A stretch of DNA of 64,000 nucleotides from Dehalococcoidia bacterium (GTDB lineage: Bacteria; Chloroflexota; Dehalococcoidia; Plut-88900): assembly GCA_965197585.1 (NCBI GenBank), contig OZ240215.1, positions 2,336,001-2,400,000 on the forward strand, given 5' to 3'. The position numbers and the translations under genes are program-made. A model generated the notes under the pieces. The model saw nothing but the letters and a program-made list of their open reading frames with translations, was not told where the DNA came from and searched no databases. This document shows, piece by piece, positions 57,693 to 64,000 of this stretch. The stretch's first letter is position 1, and every line of letters begins with the position of its first letter.

Positions 57693-58999
57693 AGAGTGAC
57701 CTCCCCATACAAAGGCCCCCGAACGAAGAGCTTCTCTACGGCGTCTGGGCCCGGCGCAGTTACGACCCGAGAAGGCTCCGTACCGTCGACGGTGCGCGGA
57801 CCCAGGTCGTCTTCCCCGGTCGGCGCAACGGTGGCGCAGGCCCCGACTTCCTGGATGCCTCGGTCGACGTTGAGGGACGCGGTCTGCTCCGGGGAGACGT
57901 GGAAATCCACGTTCGCGCCCGGGACTGGATGTCCCATGGCCATCACCGGGACCCGGCCTACAACGGCGTCGTCCTCCACGTGGTCTGGGACGCCGACTCC
58001 CTCTGGACTGAACGGGAGGACGGCCAGCACCTCCCCACGGTCCCACTCAGGGGATGCCTGCAGGCATCCGTAGAGGCGGACTCGGGGAATGGAGTCACGG
58101 GGAATCCACCCTTGGGAGGGTGTGACGAGATAGCCTCGGCACTGGGAGCCGAGCAGGTGGCCCGGCTCCTGGACGAGGCGGGGGACGAACGCTTCGCAGC
58201 CAAGGCCATCCGTTTCCAGGGGGAGATGGCCGTCTGGCCGCCGTCGGAGGTCCTCTATCAGGGCATTATGCGGGCCCTGGGCTACAGCAAGAACCGGGCG
58301 CCCTTTCTAGCTCTGGCCCGGCTGCTCCCGTGGTCCACGGTGGAAGCCTTGGCCGCATCAACGCCGCAGGAGGAGCGACCCCGGGCCATAACCGCCTGGC
58401 TCTTGGGTACGGCGGGCCTGCTTCAGGGCGCGGGATCCGACATTGAAGACGTATGGCGCCGGTCCCTGCTTACCAGGGAGATGCGGCCCTCGGACTGGCG
58501 GCTGTCCGGCGTGAGGCCAGCGAACCACCCCTCCCGCAGGATCCTCGGCGCGGGGGATGTGCTGGCCCGTTTCACGGACGAAGGGCTGGTGGAAGGATTC
58601 GAAAGGGCGCTTCTAATCGCCGCCCATCACGAGGACCCCGGCTTGCTTATAGACCTGACCGCCGCCCCACCCGCCATTGGCAGCGAGCGCGCCCGAGAGA
58701 TGGTGGTTAACGTCGTTCTCCCCTTCTTCCGGGCCTTCGGGCTCGAACAGAAAGACGGGGCCCTGGCAGGCCCAGCATCGTTCCTCTTCGAACTGGCGCC
58801 CCCTGGGCCCGGCAACCGGAAACTGAAGGACATGTCCGCGCAACTGGGCATCGGAAGACCCTTCGGGGTGCCAATGACGGCCCGCAGGGAGCAGGGCCTC
58901 GTTCATCTCATAGAGGGGCCATGCCGTCACGGCTGGTGTGCCGAATGTCCCCTGGGCAGGGCTGTCCCGAGGCACGTGGCCTTGACCGCCGCGTCCTGA
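57689..58999 (+). CDS. DUF2851 family protein
   Basis: PGRRN..GPDF..GDVEIH..W..HGHH.DPAYN.VVLHVVW, RPANHP, VNVVLP, QGL; GTG overlaps the XRE stop. Confidence 0.85.
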   Translation: MKSDLPIQRPPNEELLYGVWARRSYDPRRLRTVDGARTQVVFPGRRNGGAGPDFLDASVDVEGRGLLRGDVEIHVRARDWMSHGHHRDPAYNGVVLHVVWDADSLWTEREDGQHLPTVPLRGCLQASVEADSGNGVTGNPPLGGCDEIASALGAEQVARLLDEAGDERFAAKAIRFQGEMAVWPPSEVLYQGIMRALGYSKNRAPFLALARLLPWSTVEALAASTPQEERPRAITAWLLGTAGLLQGAGSDIEDVWRRSLLTREMRPSDWRLSGVRPANHPSRRILGAGDVLARFTDEGLVEGFERALLIAAHHEDPGLLIDLTAAPPAIGSERAREMVVNVVLPFFRAFGLEQKDGALAGPASFLFELAPPGPGNRKLKDMSAQLGIGRPFGVPMTARREQGLVHLIEGPCRHGWCAECPLGRAVPRHVALTAAS

Positions 59000-59025
59000 C
59001 CGGCAGGCGGTATAATACCCCGGTC

Positions 59026-60078
59026 ATGCTCGTGCTCGGCATAGAGACCTCCTGTGATGAGACCGCCGCCGCCGTCGTAGAGGACGGCGCCCTCGTCCTC
59101 TCCAACGTCATATCAACCCAGGTGGACATCCACGCCCGATACGGCGGCGTAGTGCCGGAGGTCGCCTCACGGCAGCACATGCTTCAAATAGTACCGGTAG
59201 TCGACTTAGCCCTCGAGCAGGCGAAGGTCGGCTGGGACGACGTCGACGCCATTGCCGTGACCAAAGGTCCAGGCTTGGCTGGATCACTGCTCATCGGCGT
59301 GAGCATGGCCAAGGCGCTGGCACTGGCCCACGGACTGCCCCTGCTTGGAGTCAATCACCTGGAGGGCCACGTCTACGCCAACTGGCTGGTCAAGGAAGGC
59401 CCGAAAGACGCGGGCCCCGAGCTCCCATGCCTCTGCCTCATCGCCTCCGGCGGCCACACCGACCTGGTGCTCATGCGGGACCACGGCGACTACCTGCTGC
59501 TGGGCCGCACCCGGGACGACGCCGCTGGCGAGTCTTTCGACAAGGTTGCCCGGGTCCTGGGCCTTGGGTACCCCGGCGGACCCGTAGTCGAGCGGGTTGC
59601 CCGCAAGGGCAGTCAACCCAAGAATTTCCCAAGGGCCTGGCTCAAGGGAAGCGACGACTTCTCCTTCAGCGGCCTAAAGACGGCGGTGATCCGGGCCTCC
59701 AGGGAGATGGGCCTGGCCGTGGACAGCATCGACGACCGTGTGGATACAATCGATCCCGACCCCCTGCTAGCCGACGTCGCCGCCGGGTTTCAGGAAGCCG
59801 TGGTGGACGTGCTGGTGGAGAAGACCGCCCGAGCCGCCAAACGAGAAGGCGTGCGCCGTGTCCTCCTCTCGGGTGGGGTTGCCGCCAACGGCGCCCTTCG
59901 TTCAGCCATGATCGAAAGGAGCCCCGTGGATACGAGTTGCCCGCCGCCCGTCTTCTGCACCGACAACGCGGCGATGATCGCCGCCTGCGCCTACCGCCGC
60001 CTGCTCTCCGGCGAGCGCTCCGGCTGGGACTTGGAAGTCCACCCCAACCTCCCCATGGCCCACCCCCTTCCCGGATAG
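59026..60078 (+). CDS. tsaD: tRNA threonylcarbamoyltransferase TsaD
   Basis: [40 protein letters not shown]. Confidence 0.97.
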   Translation: MLVLGIETSCDETAAAVVEDGALVLSNVISTQVDIHARYGGVVPEVASRQHMLQIVPVVDLALEQAKVGWDDVDAIAVTKGPGLAGSLLIGVSMAKALALAHGLPLLGVNHLEGHVYANWLVKEGPKDAGPELPCLCLIASGGHTDLVLMRDHGDYLLLGRTRDDAAGESFDKVARVLGLGYPGGPVVERVARKGSQPKNFPRAWLKGSDDFSFSGLKTAVIRASREMGLAVDSIDDRVDTIDPDPLLADVAAGFQEAVVDVLVEKTARAAKREGVRRVLLSGGVAANGALRSAMIERSPVDTSCPPPVFCTDNAAMIAACAYRRLLSGERSGWDLEVHPNLPMAHPLPG

Positions 60079-60127
60079 AGGTCCAATAGCTCCCCGCCAG
60101 AGCATCCGTCTTCCCTCTTGAAGAGAA

Positions 60128-60163
60128 ACCCTCGTACTGTCGGCAAGCCGACAGTACGAGGGT
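60128..60163. terminator. Perfect inverted repeat between convergent genes (bidirectional terminator)
   Basis: ACCCTCGTACTGTCGGC-AA-GCCGACAGTACGAGGGT. Confidence 0.8.
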
Positions 60164-60193
60164 ATTCACTCTTAAATGAGATTTGGGAGACGT

Positions 60194-61303
60194 TTAGTTC
60201 AGGTTGTAGAGCCGGGCGCAGTTGTCCCATAGCACGGCCTTTTTCATATCCTCGCTGAGGGGCATCTCCAGGAACTCCTCCGTGGCGTGGGGGTACTTGG
60301 AGTCGCTGTGGGGATAGTCGGTCGAAAATACCGCAACGTCCCCGAGACCGAATTCAGACAGATATCGGCCCGTGATCTCGTCCGCCTCGAAGGATACGAA
60401 CCCCTGACGCTTGAAGTACTCGGTTGGGGTCATGGTTAGCCCCGCCCCCTGGTTCATGCCCATGAGCTCGTCGTGCTCGTCCATGCGCCACAGCAGCCAC
60501 GGCAGCCAGGAACAGTTGCCCTCAAGAAAGCCGATCCTCAGGTTGGGAAACCGCTCCATCACGCCTCCGCCGATGGTGTCGACCACGCTGATCATCATCT
60601 CCATGGGGTGGCTGCAGACGTGGTACATGGCATAGTTCGGGAAGCGGTTGCCGATCTGGTTCATAGCGGTGGTGGCGCCCTCGTGGAATCCCATGGTCAC
60701 GTCCCGCGCCTCGAGTTCCCGCCAGAGGGGATCGTAGTAGGGATCGTGCCAGTTGCGGCCATTGACCACATTGGGGCGCATGAACGCTGCTCTGAATCCT
60801 AACGAGTCTACGCACTGGCGCACCTCTTCCACCGCCGACTCAACGTCGAAGGGGGATATCATGGCCGCTCCCCACATGCGGTCCGGGGCCGGGGCGCAGA
60901 AATCTCTCATCCAGCGTGTATAGGCCCTGGCTATGGCGTCGCCCAGCCCCGGGTCAATAGTATCGAGGGCCAGGGCAAAGAGGCCGCGGCTGGGATAGAG
61001 GAAAGCTACGTCTATCCCCTCGGCATCCATGGCTCTCACCTGGGAGGCGGAGTCCCAGCCGTTGGAGTATGGGTCGGCATAGACCTGGTGGAAGTTCTTC
61101 TCCTCGATGATCTCCTTTCCCATATCGCCCGTGTCTGCCGGATGCAGGTGTCCCTCGACCAGCACTTGCATGTCCCCCAGGTAGCGGTCGAACCCCTGTG
61201 GGGCCCGGTCCCGAAACTCGGGATCGATATAGTTCTGCCACAGGTCACTAGGCTCGATGACGTGCATGTCCGAATCCATCACCTTAAAACCGTTCCTGGC
61301 CAT
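60194..61303 (-). CDS. Amidohydrolase (Amidohydro_2 family)
   Basis: DSDMHVIEP, GGVMERFPNL..LE, STDYPH. Confidence 0.9.
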   Translation of the reverse strand: MARNGFKVMDSDMHVIEPSDLWQNYIDPEFRDRAPQGFDRYLGDMQVLVEGHLHPADTGDMGKEIIEEKNFHQVYADPYSNGWDSASQVRAMDAEGIDVAFLYPSRGLFALALDTIDPGLGDAIARAYTRWMRDFCAPAPDRMWGAAMISPFDVESAVEEVRQCVDSLGFRAAFMRPNVVNGRNWHDPYYDPLWRELEARDVTMGFHEGATTAMNQIGNRFPNYAMYHVCSHPMEMMISVVDTIGGGVMERFPNLRIGFLEGNCSWLPWLLWRMDEHDELMGMNQGAGLTMTPTEYFKRQGFVSFEADEITGRYLSEFGLGDVAVFSTDYPHSDSKYPHATEEFLEMPLSEDMKKAVLWDNCARLYNLN

Positions 61304-61390
61304 GTCAAACCCCCTTCTACGGAACTGGATGAGGTCTATGCCCCTCCCGAAACCCGCGTTAACGAATAGTCTCCGATTCCCAAATGCGAT

Positions 61391-62785
61391 TCAAAGGGGC
61401 AGTGCCGGTGGCTGCCAGCCCCCCAGCCCCGACTCTATGGCCCCGGCGGCAGCCAGCACGATGCCCTCCCGCCAGGGAAGCGCTCCGAACTGCACCCCGA
61501 TGGGCAGTCCCTCCGGCGATGTCCCGGCTCTCACCACACAGCCCGGCCACCCCGTCAGGTTGTAAGGCCTGGTGTAGACGGCGTCCGGGTAATCGTCTCT
61601 GTTGGCCTCGCCGTGAGGCAGGGCCGGAGCGGCGCCCGTCGGCGACAGTACCAGGTCATAGTCATCCATGAAGGCGAGCATTTCTCCCCGGACCTGGTCC
61701 ATCTCCTCCAGCAACGCCATCAACTCCGCCGAAGAAATCGGCTTGGCCTTCCCCATGCGCTCCACCAGCACCGGGTCCACGTTCACCGTCCCCGCCGCAT
61801 CAAGCTGACGGCGCAGCCACGAGTAACCGTCGGCGGAGCTAAGGCGGTCGCACAGGGCGTTCACTTTCGCCATGCCCGGGACCACACCCTCTCGAACGTC
61901 CACCCCCGACTCCCTTAGGACAGTCGCCGCGTTTTCCACGGCTTTCGTCGTCGCCTTGTCCGGCTCCACGTCTCCGATCCCCGTGAAGTACACGCATCGC
62001 ATTCCGCGCAGCGACACTGAGTCGGGTCCACTTAGCGGCATCGGTATTATTGCCGGGTCTCGTCCGTCGACTCCCGATATCACCGGCAGAGCAAGCCACA
62101 GGTCGTCGACGTACCGTGCCATGGGACCGACCTGGTTCAGCGGCCCTACGGCCCCCGTCCCATGCGGCGGAACGTGACCTGCCCGGGACACCCGCCCCTG
62201 GGTCGGCTTCAACCCGGCGATGCCACAGTAGTGGGCGGGCATCCGGATGCTGCCCGCGCTGTCCGTGCCCATGTCCAGGGGCGATCCCCCCGCTGCGATT
62301 ATGGCCGCCGCTCCTCCACTGCTCCCGCTGGGGCTTCTCGACAGGTCGTAGGGGTTGTTCGTGCGCCCGTAGACCATGTTGTAGGTTTCCCACATCATGG
62401 TCATCTCCGGGGTGTTACTCTTGCCAAGGAGCACCGCCCCGGCGCCCTTCAGCCGAGCAACCACAGTAGCGTCCTCATCAGGCACGAATCCAGACCTGCC
62501 CTCCGTCCCGGCCGCCGTGACCAGTCCAACCGTGTCCAGCGAGTCTTTGATGGTGATGGGCAGGCCATGCAGAGGGCCCCTGCTCTCGCCTCGCGCCGAC
62601 TCCCGGTCACGCTCATCGGCCGTTGCCAACGCACCCTCCGCATCGACCAGCACCACGGCGTTGATAGTGGGATTCACCTCGTCTATGCGGGCGAGGTGGG
62701 CCTCGGTCAGCTCTTTAGACGAGACCTCTCGCCTATGCAATGCATCGGCCATGGCCCGGGCGGACCAATAAAACAGCTCGTCCAT
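61391..62785 (-). CDS. Amidase signature family enzyme
   Basis: GPLHGLPITIKD, GSSGG, GTDSAGSIR (Ser-cisSer-Lys triad); true start is the ATG at 62785. Confidence 0.92.
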   Translation of the reverse strand: MDELFYWSARAMADALHRREVSSKELTEAHLARIDEVNPTINAVVLVDAEGALATADERDRESARGESRGPLHGLPITIKDSLDTVGLVTAAGTEGRSGFVPDEDATVVARLKGAGAVLLGKSNTPEMTMMWETYNMVYGRTNNPYDLSRSPSGSSGGAAAIIAAGGSPLDMGTDSAGSIRMPAHYCGIAGLKPTQGRVSRAGHVPPHGTGAVGPLNQVGPMARYVDDLWLALPVISGVDGRDPAIIPMPLSGPDSVSLRGMRCVYFTGIGDVEPDKATTKAVENAATVLRESGVDVREGVVPGMAKVNALCDRLSSADGYSWLRRQLDAAGTVNVDPVLVERMGKAKPISSAELMALLEEMDQVRGEMLAFMDDYDLVLSPTGAAPALPHGEANRDDYPDAVYTRPYNLTGWPGCVVRAGTSPEGLPIGVQFGALPWREGIVLAAAGAIESGLGGWQPPALPL

Positions 62786-62842
62786 CGACTCTCGTCCTTT
62801 CGCACCAAAAGGATCTGCCACCGGGAACAGGGAGGAGTTGGA

Positions 62843-62919
62843 TGGTCGGGGCGCCGGGATTCGAACCCGGGACCTCATCGTCCCGAACGATGCGCGCTAC
62901 CGGACTGCGCCACGCCCCG
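62843..62919 (-). tRNA. tRNA-Pro (anticodon CGG)
   Basis: Cloverleaf with CGGGGCG acceptor stem, TTCGGGA anticodon loop, TTCGAAT T-loop and encoded CCA. Confidence 0.97.
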
Positions 62920-62941
62920 AGCTAAGGGAGGATACTGGGCC

Positions 62942-62970
62942 ATTATACCGGTCTAGTGGCTTCCGTCCAA
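62942..62970 (-). promoter_or_regulatory. tRNA promoter TTGGAC-N17-TATAAT
   Basis: Consensus-like hexamers with 17-nt spacing. Confidence 0.7.
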
Positions 62971-63015
62971 ATGCTGTACTCGTTCGGTAGGTTAGTGACA
63001 CACCGGCCTTTTCTT

Positions 63016-63643
63016 CAGTTGTGGGGTTTGGGTTTGCGTTCTGTCTGTTGGGTTTTGGGTTGACGATGGAAGACGCTTGCTGGATTCGGCTCCCTATTTT
63101 TAGATAATGCGGGCTTGGAGGCGTCCCAGGAACGTGGGGACGGGGCTCCGCCGCCGCCTAGACCTGGAAGTATGGTCGGACGTACGGGTCCGTCATCCGT
63201 CATAGGCTCCAATAAGGGTTGGCTGCGCTGCGAGACATGCAGGAAGGGGAAAGTCCAGGGTCAGTTCCCCTCGCAGGAGTACGGGGTATCCAGTTCGCCG
63301 CCTGTATCCAGGAGCCGGGAGTGGCGGACAGTCCAGTTTTATTTGAGGAAGCGGACGGAGAGCCGAGCGGTCCTCGGCTACGGGCTGCCCCGTTCCGCTC
63401 CATAGGACAAGGTTGCTCCGTGAGGAGACTTTTATGTACGGTCCAGGGCGTCTTCCATCGCCTTGTGGTCAGGGAAGGGGGCACGGGACCCGGTGGGGAT
63501 GAGGAGATGGCGGCGTTCGCTTGTGCCGTGGGGCGGCGTGTGGGCCGTCCTTTGGGATGGGCTTGGACGTTGAGTCCTCGGGTGGGCCAGGTGGGCTTCC
63601 CTAGTTTTTGGTTCCTCCTTAAGGTGGGTATCGGGTCTAGACT
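63016..63643 (-). ncRNA. Putative large structured ncRNA, copy 3
   Basis: Same 5' domain motifs; inverted repeat 63448-63462 / 63062-63076 with compensatory changes. Confidence 0.68.
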
Positions 63644-63649
63644 GGCTCA

Positions 63650-63678
63650 ATAATAGAACACATGTCTTATAATGTCAA
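63650..63678 (-). promoter_or_regulatory. Promoter TTGACA-N17-TATTAT with SOS-box-like AGAC-ATGT-GTTC
   Basis: Positionally equivalent to the promoters of copies 1 and 2. Confidence 0.7.
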
Positions 63679-63821
63679 GAGGGTTATGTCACCCCTCTAT
63701 GTGAACGGGATCAAATGCTTCTGCCCCCAGCTTGAGTAAAGCACATGCCACAGTATCCGCACTATCAACTACATGTCTCCTCTTCCACGGCACAGGGGAT
63801 GGGTTAAAATACCCCACTGAA

Positions 63822-64000
63822 ATGGGTGCGTCACTGAACAAGATAACGGTCCGGGCCCCTGCCACCACGGCTAACATGGGCCCGGGGTTCGACTCCCTGG
63901 GCATGGCCCTGGAAGTCTTCAACACCATATCCATCGAACGGTCGGACCAATTCTCCATCCGCATTACCGGCAACGGCGCCGTGGAGTTGAGTACGGGCCC
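63822..64000 (+). CDS. thrB: Homoserine kinase (N-terminal part, truncated by window end)
   Basis: VRAPATTANMGPGFDSLGMAL. Confidence 0.9.
   Translation, partial: MGASLNKITVRAPATTANMGPGFDSLGMALEVFNTISIERSDQFSIRITGNGAVELSTG

Noticed and set aside
62786-62878. N-terminal extension of the amidase ORF
   Set aside because: Overlaps tRNA-Pro; the ATG at 62785 has its own RBS-like AAAGGA.
62843-62919. tRNA-Pro as an integration site
   Set aside because: No duplicated tRNA 3' end and no integrase seen in the window.

Overview
This is a GC-rich bacterial chromosome segment. Its gene content points to Chloroflexota, most likely Dehalococcoidia/SAR202-like (inference): paralogous amidohydrolases, CaiB CoA-transferases, LLM and PPOX F420-type enzymes, an enolase-family dehydratase, Grd-like subunits and leaderless genes. 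About 50 CDS are present. They include a ribA-ribD / Zn-ADH / PTPS-like / GT4 / methyltransferase cluster, amino-acid and Zn/Mn ABC transporters, lipA-lpdA-pdhABC, catabolic clusters, a putative type II R-M pair, mgtE, sufR-like, tsaD, partial thrB and tRNA-Pro(CGG). The most striking signal is non-coding. Three dispersed paralogues of an about 600-nt structured RNA-like locus occur at ~14.5-15.1 kb (+), ~34.0-34.7 kb (+) and ~63.0-63.7 kb (-). Each has a sigma70 promoter overlapped by an SOS-box-like site, a conserved 5' domain with covarying hairpins, and a 15-17-bp stem enclosing a 330-370-nt multi-hairpin domain. A family of 21-22-nt hairpin micro-insertions is also present, with filled and empty sites and triple nesting visible in the window. 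All calls come from reading the sequence by eye; no searches were run.
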